Shown: positions 14,379 to 29,600 of the stretch, piece by piece | How the letters are laid out: each line of letters starts with the position of its first letter | Numbering within the stretch: the first letter of the stretch is position 1 | From: a virus | IMG/VR virus record: IMGVR_UViG_3300045988_141150 | Reading direction: 5' to 3' (one strand) | DNA length: 64,000 bases | Notes under the pieces: model-generated | Seen by the model: only the letters and a program-made list of their open reading frames with translations | The model's database searches: none | Told to the model about the DNA's origin: nothing | Translations under genes and position numbers: made by a program

Positions 14379-14723
14379 TCAACCCTCCTCAAATAAATAA
14401 TCTATAATAAGATATGCTTCTTTATTTTGATTAATCAAATTCATAGAACTTCTATCAAATTTAATTAAATTAATAGTAGAAATACCTTCTAAATCTAACT
14501 CATAAATACCAGTATTCCCAACAATAATAGCATTAGCACTATCATTCAAATAAAATTTTGTTCCTGGTAAAGTCTAAATACCCAACTGAGTAATCAACAC
14601 ATTTTGATTATTATTTTTAAATGCAGTTCCTGTAATTAGTTTACTCATATTGACATCACTTGGATAGTTCTTAGAATTAAGACCTTCACCATAATATCGA
14701 ATTTGTCTTATCTTTCTTGCCAT
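14379..14723 (-). CDS. small tail/baseplate protein (about 103 aa); the start-codon frame and the evident coding frame differ
   Basis: perfect GGAGGA-7nt-ATG at 14723 opens a 26-codon frame ending in TGA; the evident coding frame (ending TGA at about 14379) is -1 and has no start codon before an internal ATG. Confidence 0.3.
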
Positions 14724-14736
14724 TTAGTGATCCTCC

Positions 14737-17043
14737 TTAATATACTCTTGATATTGCTTTGGTGGCACTAATAGACATTAAACCATTATAAGTTAATGGA
14801 ATAGTTATTTTATTAACTAAATATTCTCCTTCAACGCCACTTCTTTTATCTTCAATATAAATTCTATTATTAGGTTCTAAATAATAAACTGGAATAGTAG
14901 AAATTGAAACACTTTCCGTACAATAGGCTGTTGTATAAAGCAAATCTTCAATTTCATCAACTGCGCTCTTACCTTTAGGACTAATTTTAAAATAATTATC
15001 ATATCCAGAAGGAATATTAATCCAAATATACCCACTTTCTGTTGGATAATTATTCTAAATAATAGAATCATAATCTGTCTATGTCATAAATAATACATCA
15101 GGTGTATCTCTATAACATATAACTTTTATATTAGTATCATTAATTGCTTTTGTTCTATCTCCAATTAATTGAACTGAGTATTTAGCGATATCCGCGTTTT
15201 CTTCCCCAATAAAATCAAACCAAAAATTTAAATTCTCAGGATTATTCTTTACTTCTTCTTTAAAATCTAATTTATCATAATCATAGATATCTCTCCAAAA
15301 AGAAAATAAATCTACATAATAAGTTTCATAGCCAGTTATTCCAGAAGGATAAAAATCAGGATTCGCGGCTGCCACTTTACTAGTAAAATCATCTGCATAA
15401 TTATATTGGTAATAATCTACAGCCATACGATATAAAACTTCACGCCAATCGCAATAAATAACTCCCGGCTCATTTTCACTTTGATACCATTTGTTTTTAT
15501 AAGTTTTTTGCTCTAATTGTGGATTCATAGTATCAAAAATATCATTATTATACATTGTAGATTTATACCTATTTATATCATTATCATTCACAATAATTGT
15601 AGTATATTGAATAGGTTTTTGATCTATTGCATATCTTAAATGAATAGGAATTTCCGCCCCACTGGCGCTTTCTCTCTATCCCCAAATAGAAAAATCATTT
15701 CTTAGATTAGCAATCTATGGAGTATTATTAAAAGAAATAACCGTCTATCCATCTCTAAAAGAATAAATTGAAGAAGAAGAATAAACCGCAGGCTCAATAT
15801 AATTATCTCCATTAGAATTCTTTACTATATTATTCCAAGATTGGTATTCATAAAATTTCTTTCGCTAAAAAATGAATCTACCATCTATATCATAGTAATA
15901 CTCAAAACAACTTAACATATTTTTAATTTTGTCTAATACGCTAGTTATATTTTCACCAACACTTGTAATAAGTTCTCCTGCATAGACTAAATCACAAATA
16001 CGATAACCAACTGTTTCATTAGTTACTCGACTTATAATAGTGTAAATAGTTCCATTATTTACCAGCCTTACTTTAGTCGGTTCAGAAACGTCATCTAATA
16101 ATTTATTACTATCTAAATTATCAAATTTAATACTACTTATATCAGTTATTTCATTATTGTTTATATCTAATAAAGTAGGCATTGTCCCTATCGAAGCATT
16201 AACTATTCTATTCGTTTGCGCATCTTTAAAGAAATACATAGTTTCATCACATTTATTAGCTAATAACTCATAACCATATTGATCTAAATCATTAATAATT
16301 ATATTACTTTCTTTTTCTTTGCCATAAACTGTAAGAAGTTTTTTAATAATAGTCTAAATAGGGATTGAAATTAAATTCAAATGACTCTCCCTTAAATAAT
16401 ACTCTTTATTACTAAACTCTTCTTCATCTAAAACATAATAAGTAGTTCGTTTATTCTAAGTAGAAATATAATAAATATTATGTTTTTTAGCTTCTTCTTC
16501 ACTATTAACAATATAACAATATTTACCTTTTATATAATTATCTTTAGTTATATTATTTTGTTTATTATAGCTATAAGTAATTACTTCTTCTTTTCCAAAA
16601 TCTACAGAAGCAGGTAAATCTCCTCCTAAGTCTCCGTTTAATAGACACATCTTATCTTTACCTTGGATAGAAATATTATATGAGCTAGCACTTTGAGAAG
16701 TATTAAAAGACGTAATTAAATAAATGCCTTGATTAAACCAAATAATATCTGGATATTTATTATCAATTTTATTTTCTAATCCAATAGCCAAACTAAATTT
16801 AGAATTTAAACCCCAAGAATATTGTTTATATAATTTCTCATTCGTGACCATAGTAAGAGAACAAGACCGGCGGACCGCAGATGTCCCATCAATATTAATT
16901 GATCCGCCGGTTATCTTACCCTCTATACTTTCTATTGGTAATTCATCAAATGTTAGTAGTTCAATACGAGCATAAACTACTTTATGTTTAAATTCATCTA
17001 ACTTTTTAAGAAAATCGGTATCATATTGTCTTTGAGTTTTCAT
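14737..17043 (-). CDS. tail/baseplate protein (about 768 aa, at least 4 TAG)
   Basis: ATG at 17043 with AGGAG RBS; ORFs 16456, 15865, 15079 and 14737 share one frame; gap 14944-15078 translated with no true stop; TAA at 14737. Confidence 0.45.
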
Positions 17044-17152
17044 ACTCCTCTACCGCCTTTCTTAAAGTATCAATAAATAAAGTATAAGTTTCATCTATAG
17101 TCTTTTGTAATTCTACTACTCTTCTATTGTATTTTTTTATACAATCCTGAAT

Positions 17153-19900
17153 ATTACTTTGATTTACATTATAAAATGGATCATCATTAGAAAAATCAGG
17201 ATTGCTTTTATCTTGTTCTAATTCTTTAAAATCTTTTAAAGCCTTTTTAGCTCTTAACCAATTTTGCTTTAATTGATAAATAGTTGTTGTAGTATAAGTC
17301 TAACCATTAAAAATTCTATAAGTAGTTTGATTATCATTTTCAAAAGAATAAACTATTTCTTGACGTTGTACTGATAATTCACATAAAACGCCAGGATCAA
17401 TTTCAATAGAAGTAATATCAGTCAAATCTTTTATTTGATATTCATTTTTATGGTCTATACCAATAATCTATTTATTATCTTCATTTATTCTAATATTACA
17501 TGCCCAGTTTTTCTCATCTACTAAAATACCTGAATCATAAATTTCCTTTTTAGTATAACCATCAATATAATAATCTCTTTCTTCATTTTCTTTAACTACA
17601 TACACATGATAAATTAAGGTTGGATCAAAATCTTCGCGCTTAATCTCCATGGTATAATTATTATCTTCCAATGCCCTATCAGGAGCTATATAAAAATTAA
17701 TTCTATTATTAGTATATAGTTTCTATACTTCGCGTTTCGTAAAACGTAAGAAATAAATTTTTGTGATTTTATATTTGAAATTATCATTATAAAGATTTAA
17801 AATATTACCTTCAGTACCATAATATTGTTCTAAAGGTAAATCAGCAACTTGAATATCACTAACGGTATCAAATTTACTTGCTTGTTTACCATAATAAGAA
17901 TATACAATAGTTCCTTGCTGTAATCCTATGTCGGATAATTCAATTATTTTTACACTATGAATAGGAGCTACATGATCTATTAAATAAGCTCCTGTAATAC
18001 CAATAACAATTTCTTCTCCATCAACATTAAATTTATCTCCAGGAGCAAAACCTTCAAATCGAATAGTTATCGCAGGAGAATTAGCCAAGATATCTTTAGT
18101 CTATAAACTATAATGATCTCCATTATAAAGTAACTCAAACATAGGATAAAAACTTAATGTTTGTAATAAATTGTCTAAACAAGTTTGTTTATTCGCTTGT
18201 AATTTCTTAATTTCTGCCTAAGTTAAATTTTCATTTTTTAAATTATCAATATAAGTATTTACATCATCAATATAGCCATTAATTTTATACCATCCATCAA
18301 AAGATACACTATCCCATTTAAGAATTTCACTTTCAGGCGGGTCCGCATCAATAAATCCATAAGTAGTAAGATTATCAAAACTAACTTTATCAATTTCATA
18401 TGCGGTTCCACTAAATGTGTGAAGCATACGACCTAATTTATCTTCTGGACTTAAACTCACATTCAATAAACGTACAATGAAATTTCCTTCTGTTGGAGAT
18501 TTAAATAATTTAGGTTCTCCATCAGTTAAAAACTCTAAAGCCTTAGTTTTAAATTGACGTTCTATATTAATATTATAATCAGTCAAATCAGTTGATGTAA
18601 AATCTTTAATTTCATCATCGCCCAATTTGTCCATAAATAAATGATCTTCATCCATAAGGTAAGAAATTAAACCACTTATAGGAAATTCGTGATAATAAGT
18701 ATTTCCATTTCTAAAAATATAAGGATATTGACTTCCAATAGTATCAGTTTTACTTTCAAGAGTATTGATTTTAAAACTACTTACTTTTGGATTAAATCTT
18801 ATTTTTAATAACTGCCCATTACTGTATAAAAAACTATCTTCAAAAATACTATATATCGTATTAGAAAAAATTTTATTACTGCGGATAGCGGTTTCATCGC
18901 TATATTGCTACACCGCATATTGATAACTAAATCCATGCTCAACAGTAAAATCTTTATACAATTCTCTTGAAGGAGTTTCACCAATTAATTTAAACTTTAA
19001 TATTGTATTCCAAGTATTAAAATCATCTTCGCTACTGGCTCTTAATAAAGCAAAAGCTCCTGTCGCGGGAATTTCTAATCCTGTCTTTTTATCACGAATT
19101 CCGTTTAAATTAATTTTTACATATCCATTATTTTCATCCATAATCGCAGAAAGAGTTGCTTGTAATTCTGGGTTAATAGTTTCTCTATTAATAATTTGAT
19201 AACGAATACTTTCTGCTTCATAGTTATTAATAGTGGTTATAGAATATTGAATAAAATAATTTTTATTCTTTTGTAATTCTTTATTTAATTCAAAACTATC
19301 ATAACTTTCATTTAATTCTGTATCATTAATTGAATTATGTAATTGCTCTCCGCTATCAGCAAAAATATTACCATTTTCATCATATACTTTAAATCTATAT
19401 GAATAAACTTTTTCAGTAATATCATCATTTTTTTCTTTTTGACTATATACTCCAATAAAATTTGTTTTATTTATTCCTACTAAATTATCTTCAAAACCTT
19501 TTATATAAACTGCGGGCTTAGTCGTGCATTTAGCAATACCAACCGTAGAATAATATCCAACTACTCCATTAGTATTAATATATGCTAACTGAACTTTGTA
19601 AGACTATCCTGGATTTAATTTATATTGGATAGGTTTTCCGCTATTAGTAATTGATTTAAGATTTATATTGAAAGTAATAGACCCTTGTTCCAAACAACCG
19701 CGGACTTTGCTTGGAGTAAAATCCGCGGTTGTCCCCTAAGCAATTACGACATTGCTTGACACTGTTTTAATTATATAACATAATCCTGAAACTTCTACCA
19801 TACTAACTGCACGATTCATTTGAAATGGAATAGTAATTTCCTATCCAACAAATGCTGGTAAAGTTCCAGGTATAATAGGTGGATATAATTTATTAACCAT
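17153..19900 (-). CDS. tail protein (about 915 aa, multiple TAG)
   Basis: ATG at about 19900 with GGAGGG RBS; ORFs 18908, 18218, 17723 and 17468 are in frame; frame followed to TAA at about 17153. Confidence 0.45.
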
Positions 19901-19915
19901 TTTATCCCTCCTAAT

Positions 19916-20078
19916 TATTTTCGTTATTCTTCTCCTCTTGAAGACTTACTAATCTATTTGTAAAATCTCTTAATTGTTTTAAACATTCTCCCATAAGAAT
20001 AGTATCTTCTCCTTTAGTTGTCACTAAAGAAAGAGTATTATATAAAACTTTTAAAAAATTAATATCTCGCTCATTCAT
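19916..20078 (-). CDS. small protein (about 55 aa)
   Basis: ATG with AGGAG RBS at about 20078; one TAG; the TAA abuts the ATG of the next gene. Confidence 0.3.
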
Positions 20079-20095
20079 TTTCCTTTTTCTCCTTC

Positions 20096-23000
20096 TTATT
20101 ATATTTAACCTGTTATGTCTCGTCCATTAAGAGTTAATGAACCATTTATTACAACAGGGCCGTCTAAATAAATAGAGTTATTAGTTACATTTAAATAATA
20201 TCCTGAACCGCCCATCATACCAACTGTTCCATTTCCCTAAACAATAAATTTAGCGCCTTCTTCATTATTCCAATAATGTAAATAAACATTTCCTGACCCC
20301 TATTTATAATTAAGGATTTGGCTTACATATGCTAATTGGCTAATAGCGTCGTCCGCCCTTGCCTAAGCATTAGCTATATCTTGAGTCCATGTGATAGAAG
20401 CCGTTGCCAAATCACTAGCTTCTTTGGCGGCTTTTCCAATCTAATTTAAAATATAACTTAAACTTCGATCGCCATAAGTCCATTCATCACCCGTGCTACC
20501 GGTATAATTAATTATAATGTCGCCTTTAAATGTACCAGTATTGGCAGTAATAGAACCATCATTTAAATTTATATACATTCCTGTAGTTCCATCTGTAGTA
20601 TAATTTTTAGACTTTAAATAATAACTATTATCTCCTACATTCATTAAAGTAGTATTACTAACAGGGTCTTTAATTGTTAAATATGGACTAGATTTATTTA
20701 ATAAAAAAGCACTATAATTATTACTTTTACCATCTATTTTACTTTCTTTTAAATCAATTAAAAGACCATTACCGCTATCATAACCAGCGGATTTTATTTT
20801 CCCAGAATCGCCTTTAATTTCAATCTAACCATTTCCAGATTTACCAAATGTCGCAGTACCATCATCTTTTAAAGCATAAACCTATTTACCTTGGTAATAT
20901 CCATAAACACCAGTATTTTTACTAAGACTACTATCTGATTTATTATCACCAAAAGATCCCATTAAGACACCAGTAAATGTATTATTATTTTCTTTTTTAC
21001 CAGCCGCGATCTGAGCAACACCAATAAAATTATTATCACTATCTATATTTAACTATCCGTCCCACTTATTTACCATTGCTGATGGATATTTATTCTAAAT
21101 GACTAAAATAGGTTGACTCCAAACTATCTTGCTTCCCTATTTTCCTTGAACTCCATAAGTGCTTACTCCATCAACATAAAAGTTCATAGGACTTAATCTA
21201 TATTCTTTTTTCTTATCATTATATTTAATCTATCCAATAAATTTATCGGTAGATCCAGTGGGATAAATACTCCAAGCCGCAGTTTCATCTACTTCGCCAT
21301 CTATAAATAATTTATAAGGCTCTTTAGAAAATGTAGGTTCACCATTACTTAAATAAATTACCTCTGTTGGACCATTTATATAAGCATTATCTAAAATCGT
21401 AATAGGAACTGGATAATAAGCAGTTAAATCATAATCTCCCCACCCAGATAACTTTACCTATAAAATAATTAAATTATTCATTATAGAATTTGTGGTATTA
21501 ACTCTTAACACGCAATTCTAATTATTAGTATTCTATAAATCAACATTATTAACCGTTGATCCAGACATAAAGCTCCAAGTCCAATTACATTTTTTAAAAT
21601 CAGTAATTTCCTTACCTTCATTATCATATAGCTAAGCTCTAAAAGTATAATTATCTCTTACACCACTTTTTATAGCAGTAAATACTTTATTATTTAAATT
21701 CTCGTGAGCTATCATATCAATTACTAAAGTACAGTCAGTACCATTAGTTCCTGCCTATCCAAAAGTGAAATCTTTAATGGCGGTATAAACAATACCATCT
21801 TTTTCCACCTTGGCAATTACGGTATTATTAGATTTATTACTACTATAAAAAGTATTAATAGTATAATTTAAAGAAAATTCTCCAGGAGAAACATTGACGT
21901 TTTCATTAGTTAAATCAATAATAATTTCTTTATAAGTAGCATCAGTTTCATCATCTTTAACACCAAAATTAAGCATAGTATTTTTAATAGGAATTTGCCA
22001 AATTACTCTCTAAGCTTCAACTAATTTACTTTCTCCATCCTAATTTTTACCAATTATACCATTATTAATAGCATAAGTCTTAGAATCAAAATGTAAAGTT
22101 AATTTACGACTAATCTTTCCATCTGATCTATTCATCAAATAATTAGCCTAATTATAAATTAAATAATTACCGTTAGTCTAATCTCCACAGTGAATAGACA
22201 AAGCATTTAAACTATCAATAGTCGCATCATTAGGAACTTGTTTTTCATTATTAAAAGTAATTATATTACTTCTATAAACTTTTCCATTATATAAAATAAT
22301 TACTTTAACCTATTCTTGATTTTTATTAGAGCGCGGTTTTAGCTAATAATAAAAATTATTTTTATTATCTTCAATCGCAGTCCAATAGACACCAGAATAT
22401 TCGTCTGCGGACGGCGCTCCAAATTCATACCTATACCAACGGACTTCAAAAGTATCATCTTTTTTATGCTCGGTTATTTGAGTTCTATTGCCATCTTCAT
22501 CAAAATGAACCCATTTTAATCTAATAATTTTAGAATCAATCTAACCTTTATCATCAATTACGTAAGTACTTCCATCTAATGAATATAATCTTACATATTC
22601 ATTTTCAATTTCGTCCGCGGAAATACCTAATCCCATATATATATCTTTTACAAAGATATTATTAGGCGGAATTGACATATTAAAATCATTGGCATAACTA
22701 ATTAAATTATTATTACTATCTTTAAAATTACCTTTTTGATATAAAAATATTTTTATATTATATATTTTAGCTACTGCGCTAGTATCAATAACAATTTCTT
22801 GAGAATAGTATCCTTCAAAATTATAAGGATTGCCATACATATCATTAGTATCTAAATCAATAGATGCAATTAAAGGGATTTCTCCATTATTTTTAATACT
22901 ATTTTCTATTTTTTTAATATTATCCGCAGTATCATCTTTAATACCATATATATTTAATTTTAATCCATAATTACCACTTACTACGCCGAGCGTTTCAAGC

Positions 23001-23503
23001 CAGGCGCGGAAATCGGCACGCAGCCCTAACCGCGTAAATCCCTATTGCTCATCAGTAAAAGTAATTCCGCCATTTGGGGTAATCTCAATTTCCTCTTCAT
23101 TGCCATTAGCTAAGATACTCCAAACTTCTTTATTATTATCTTTGGCAATAAAGAAATTACCAGTTAAATCAATAAAAGTATTAAAAGGATTGACAAAATT
23201 ATATGGCTTATCTTCATTTTTATCTGTCTTTTTACCGACAATAAATTTAGTGCTATTATAATCTCCTTTTGGGATCTATACATAGACTTTATCGCCTTTA
23301 TTATAAGTGGTTATTTGGGAATAAGCATAAAATTCCGCATAAGATTCATTTTTAACCTTATACTTACCAATAAGTTTATCAGTTGCATCAATAATGGTAC
23401 ATTCAATGGTACTATCAAATTTAACTTTATCAACACTTGAATTAGCAATAATACTCATTGCTTGACATAAACTTTCTTGAATATTTAGTGCCTTATCAGC
23501 CAA
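20096..23503 (-). CDS. tail tip region (distal-tail / tail-associated-lysin-like), at least one CDS of up to about 1,135 codons with many TAG
   Basis: ATG at 23503 with AGGAGGG RBS; ORFs 23276, 22541, 21755 and 20441 are all in frame and all end in TAG; TAA at about 20096; internal boundaries not checked. Confidence 0.4.
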
Positions 23504-23584
23504 AATAATCCCTCCTTTTACTCATTACTCTATAATTTTCTAAAAAATTAATTAGTTTTATTCAATATAATTACCCAAAAAGAA

Positions 23585-23620
23585 AAAGGGTGAAGCCTAT
23601 AAGACTTCACCCTTAATTTT
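23585..23620 (-). terminator. rho-independent terminator after the tape measure gene
   Basis: agggtgaag..cttcaccct hairpin plus T-run on the minus strand immediately after the TAA. Confidence 0.5.
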
Positions 23621-23623
23621 ATT

Positions 23624-26600
23624 TTCTATTGGCATACTAAGAAGCTACATTAACTAATGTATTAAATGCTTCTTGAATTTCGTATCTATCAGTAGCGTTC
23701 GGGAAACTAGCTTCAATTCTAACATTCTGCTCTAATGTTCCATCTTGAGAATTAACAGTAAATCCAGAAGAAGAAAGAGTAGAGATTTGTTGACTATTGA
23801 AGTCTAATTGTTTTGCGATCTATCTAACTAATTGAATAGAAGCTAACATATTTTCCGTGTCATCAGCATTAAGAACTAATTCTTTCTAATGTAAGAACGC
23901 TAATTTTCCATCATCATTCCAAGTGCCAGTATAACCACCACTTCTAAATCCAACTAATTGTTTCCAAACATTATCAGGAATATCAGTAAAATGACTATAA
24001 GTTTTTCCATTATAACTAATCGGCAATGCTAATCCTTTACGATAAAAAGCATCAACACGGGCGGTAGTAGCAGCTTCAACGTCATATCCTCCCCTAATAA
24101 CGTCTTCACGATTCTAATAATATTCATTATATTTGTCAGAACCATATTCAACTTGACCCATTTTTTCAGACCAATCAACTCTTGTTAAAGAATTACTACT
24201 TCCACTACCAAATCCGCTCTAAGCGCGCAATGTTGCTTGAATAGCGTTCAAAAGCTCTTCATAAGCTCTAATAGTATCAAGTAATTGCTGACGATGTTGT
24301 GCCCAAGCTTCAGTAGCACTACGAACGGAACTTAACTCGTTTTCAAGAGCAGGAATAACTCTATTAGATACTTCTTGATAAAGTTTATTACTTTCATCAG
24401 TAACATCTTTAACTTTCTATTGAGTGTCTTTTAAATCATCCCCAACAATTTTACTAATTTCATCCATACTATCTTGCCATTCTTTAAATGTATCATTGAT
24501 AATATTAGTATTTTCAGTAATAGTGTCTTTCCAACTATTACTGTTATCTTTGATAATATCAAAAGAATTTACCCAAGCATCTTGAACTACTCTACTGTCT
24601 TCTTCTTGCGCTTTCGCATAAAGATTTCCAGCAGTAGTAATTAAATCAGTATATTGTTGAATTACTAATGCGCGTTCTTGCTGATATGTAGTCTCGCGGT
24701 AAACGGCATCTTCCGCGGCTTTCTAATCAAGTTCCGCAAGCTTTTCAGCCAACTCTTTCTCATATTGAAGTTTTTGTTGACCATATTTATTTGTCGCATC
24801 AAGGCGAATATTATATAAGTCATTTTCCGCGTCTGCCAAAGCCTATTGCGCGTCATTTACTTTCTCTTGGTCTGCGGTATACACATAACCAAAATTACCC
24901 TCATTATCACGTTGCAGTCTAACTGTAGACTTTGCGTTTTGAGCTTCCTCTAATGCAATTTGTGCTTCAAGCACTTTATATTTAGCCTAAGCAATTTCTA
25001 ATTCTAATTGACTTAATTTATCTTTATCTCTTAACTACTCAATTTCTTTAGTAAATTGCTGGTATCTATTTTTAGCTGCTTGATTATTTGTCTTATCAAT
25101 AGCCTAATTAACATTATTAAGTAGTTTATTCATTTCATAAATCTAATTAGTCTTTGTTAAATATTCATCTTGATAAGAAGACATTCTATCCAAAGCATCA
25201 TTTAAAGCATCCCAACCAGAAATATTAAAGTTATTACCATTAATACTCACTTTAGTAGTGCTCAATTGCTTATTCATTTCATCCGCAGCTTGTTCCATCT
25301 TTGTAGTAAGAATTTCTTTTAATGCTTCACCATATTCTTCCGCTTTAGAAAGCATATCCTCTTCCGCTTCATCGAACGCGGCTAATATAGCATCATAATT
25401 CTTTTGAAGCACTTCACGCTCAGCCTCATCAGTTGAACTGGCTAAAGCCGCGGCCGCTGCATCACGTTCACGTTTCAAACTTTCATACCATTGTTTAGAA
25501 GCATCAAAATTATTTTTCTTAGTCTAAGCAGTTCCATTTAAAACTGATAAAACTTTATCATAATCTTTATCTTTACCTAACAAAGTAATAATAGAACGAT
25601 AATGATCCAATACACTAGTCAAATGCTCCATATGATCTGTATATTTAGATAATTCATCATTTGCTAAATCTATAGTATTACCATAATATTCAAGCATTTC
25701 TTTATCTAAATCCTATAAAGCATTTAAATTATCTAATGTATTATCATATACATCTTGTAAGCCTTCAATATAATTTTCTTGAGAAATTTCTCCATTAGAA
25801 TAAGCATTATTTAACTGACCATAGAAATTTTCGTAAGTTCCTAACTGACTAATTACTGGATCAAATTGACCTTGTAAATATCCAAGAGCTTCAGCAGCTT
25901 TATAAATATTATCACTTAATTTATCAAAATAATATTCTAATTTCTTAGTATCATTTTCATCTAATTGGACTTTTACTTCAACTTCATAAGTAAGCATTTG
26001 ATAATTTTTATCTTGCCACTCATTTATTTTATCTTGAATATTATCAGTTAATTCTTCGACTAAATCTCTTGTATCTTCATATTGACTAATGGCGTCTTTT
26101 AACTCATCAATTTTCTTTTGAATCGGATCTAAAGTTGCTTCTTTATAAGCATCTTGAGCGTCTTTTGTAGAAAAAGAATTTGCTTTATCCTAAGCGGCTA
26201 CAAGCTAATTATAAAGTTTAGTCATCTAATCAGTATAATTAGAAATATCACCATCTTCATCAAATGTGAAAGTAATTCCAGCTTTTTTCGCAGCTTGCTA
26301 TAAAGTAGCTTTATCTGTCTTTAAATAAGCCTAAGCTTCTTTTTGCTTTTGTTTTAATAAATCAACTTCCTTAAGAGTTAATTTATTACTTTTAGCCATT
26401 GCATCAAGATGAGCTTTGCCCCAAAGCCTATCGGCAGATTTATTAGCTTTATCTAAAGCACGAGTAGTATCATTGATGCTATCAGTTATTTCTTTATATC
26501 TATCAACGACATCAGATTTTTTAGATTTATCAATTTTAGAAGGCTTAGAAGAAGAAGAACCACCACTTGATTTGCTTCCTCCTCCTGACCCTCCAGAATT

Positions 26601-29600
26601 AGTAGAAGAATGATTGTTCGAACTGCCGGTAGCTTTTCGATGAAATCCCTAAATTTTAGGAGGAGTTTTTCCGCCGCTAAAAGATACTAAACGCATACCG
26701 CCAGGAGATTTTGTAGGTTCCTCAGCTTTTGTTTCTGTTATTGTTGAAATTGAAGGTAAATTAATAGTATGTTTACCTAAGAATCCAAGATCAAAAGTTT
26801 TAGGATTGTCAGCCTTAATATCTACTACGCGAGTAATAGTTTCAGCATTTGGCATTTCCGCAGAGGTATCAATATCTTCTGCGTTATAGACTGGTTCATA
26901 GCCAATTCCTGCAAAATAAGCATTAGCTTCATCTGCAGTCATCTAAGATTCCTTAACTAAGTTATTAGCTGCTTCTAAGAAATCAGCATCATCAACTTTT
27001 GCTCCAATCTCAATGGTCGGATCAAGTTTAGAGCAAGCATCTTTAACTTTCTAGTCTAAAGAATTTATCTAAGCAGTAAATTCTTCATCTTGTCCTAAAG
27101 TGATTCTAGCAATAATCTCTTCATCCATTGAATTTCTTAAAGAATCAATAGCTTTTTCATCGCCTTTAGCTGCTTTAGCAATTTCATCTAAATGGCTAGT
27201 AACAAAATCATCTGAAATAAACTCTTCTTCAACATCAAGGACATCAGATAAAGCAGAACGGGTTTTAGTTAAAGCATTAAAATATTCTTGACTGCCCTTA
27301 GTACTATTCTTTAAAATATCATTCCAAGTTTCAAAATTACCTGATAAAGTTTCTACTCCTTTATTCATTCGAGTAATCTAAACTGCTAAACGGGCAGCTG
27401 CGTTAGCATTCTAAGAAACACTATCATCAAATTCTGATGAATTTTTAGATACTTCAAGAATATAAGAAGCATAATCTTTCATAGACTAAACTTCATCATC
27501 ACTTAGTCCCATTTCTTTACCGGCATTAGTAAAGAAATCAGACATACTATTTAATTCTCCGATAGCATTTAACTCTTTAAGACCATCTTTAAATTCATCA
27601 ATGGTTACCTATCCATTAGCTAATTGCTATACTAATCTTTGATAAGCTTCGCTTTGTTTGTCTATATATTTAATACTTTCACTAAAATTCTATAAATCTT
27701 CTTCAGAAGTACCATAGGCTTTAACGATTTTATTAAAATACTTAGTACCTAATTCTGTATCACCAAAAGATTCTTGTAAGCTTCTCTAAAAACTATCTAA
27801 ATAATTTAATTGATTTAAATCTAAATTACTTAAATCTATACCGTTTAAAGATTTCTGCAAAGTATTCTATAAAGCTGTAGTAAATTTTTCAGCTACTTCA
27901 GGAGAAGAATAAGCTTCTGCTAACTAACTATAAAATTGATCTGCACTAACTTTTAATTCTTCATCATCGACTTTCAAAATCATATTACCATTACGCTAAG
28001 CAACATAAGATACATCTTCATATCCTTGCTATTTAAGTAACTAAATATAATCTTGAATTTCTTGCTCATTACCACTATAATTTATATGTTTATTCCATTT
28101 AAAATCTTTCTATAATTTAGATTTCTAATCTGCAACAGTTTGACTATAAATATCTTCTCCATTAAATAAGTCATTTATTTCATCAGCAGTCCTATCACTT
28201 CCAAGAGCTGAAAATTCCGCTTCCAATAAATTATTATATAATAATTTTCCCTATTCTTTTAAAGAAGAATTTTTAATTATCTAATCTTTATTTTCTAAAA
28301 TAAATTGATAAAAAGCTTCAGCAGTCTCATCACTAATAGCTCCAATACTAGTTCCAGTGGCATCTACTATAGCAGTTAATAACTCTCTTGCTCCTTCTTT
28401 AGTATATAACATATTACCAAAGTTAGGATTATCAGCAGCATTCTAAATCATTTCACTTATACCTGCTTTAGTAAGAATACTTTTACTTGACACTAAATCA
28501 ATAATATTCTAAATACCCTAATCACTATCTTTAAATTGATTATAACTATTAGTAATTTGCTAATCATTTACCGCAATCTAGTCTCTTATTTTTGTCGCAG
28601 TAAAAATTTTAAGATTTTCTTTTTGAGATTCTCCTAAATATTTTCGCCCTTCATCACTAATATCCATAGCTCCATTTTCATCAATGCTGACGTATTTAGA
28701 TAACTCAGGATATTTCTCTAATAATTTAGTAATTTCAGCATTAACATCAGAAATGGCTTTATACCATTCAATTGTGCCAGGAACTAAATCACCAATTGTA
28801 TCTTTATAAGACTATAATTTTTCTAATGCTGAGTTAGTTTCATCAATATTATTATTTAATTTATCAAAAGCTTCAGAACTCGCTTTTGCATTCTCTTCTA
28901 ACTTTTTTAATTTTGCTTCTGGAGTGCTTTCCTGCATTTTTTTAAATCCAATAGCAATTAAAGTTACAGCTCCCGCTAAAGCAATAAAAGCTCCAGCCGC
29001 AATAAGCGCAGTTGCGGCAACTAAACTTATACCCATTTTTGCTGCTAATAAAGCTGCCGTCTAAATTAATAAACTATTAGCAAATTTTGTTGACGCAAGA
29101 GCAGCCTAAATCTCTGCTAAAGTCATCTCTTTAGTAATAACTATTTTGCCTTTTCCCGCTGCAGTATTAGCATTTATAGCAATAGTTTCAAGTAATGTCT
29201 ATGCTGTTGATTTTAATTGAGCAGCAGTTTTCTTTAATTCTGCTTGTTTAAATTGATTTACAGCAGAAGTTAAAGAAACTAAAGCCATACTTAAAGACAT
29301 AGTAATAGATAATAGTTTATCTCCAATACTCATATCTTCATCTTGTAAGGTATCAATAGCTCCTTTTAAAGACATTAACCCCATTGATAAAGAAGAAAGG
29401 GCTGTAAAACTCTAAGTAATTGATTTACCAAAATCATTTAAAGCACTTTGATATCCGCTAATAGCACTTTTTATCTCGACAAACTAATTACGTAATCCTT
29501 CGTGACCTTTTTTTACAATTTCAATTTTTTCTTTTAATTTTAATAGAGTATTTCCTAAAGCTTCAGCCAAATCGTCAAATTCTTTAGCAGCTTTACCAGT

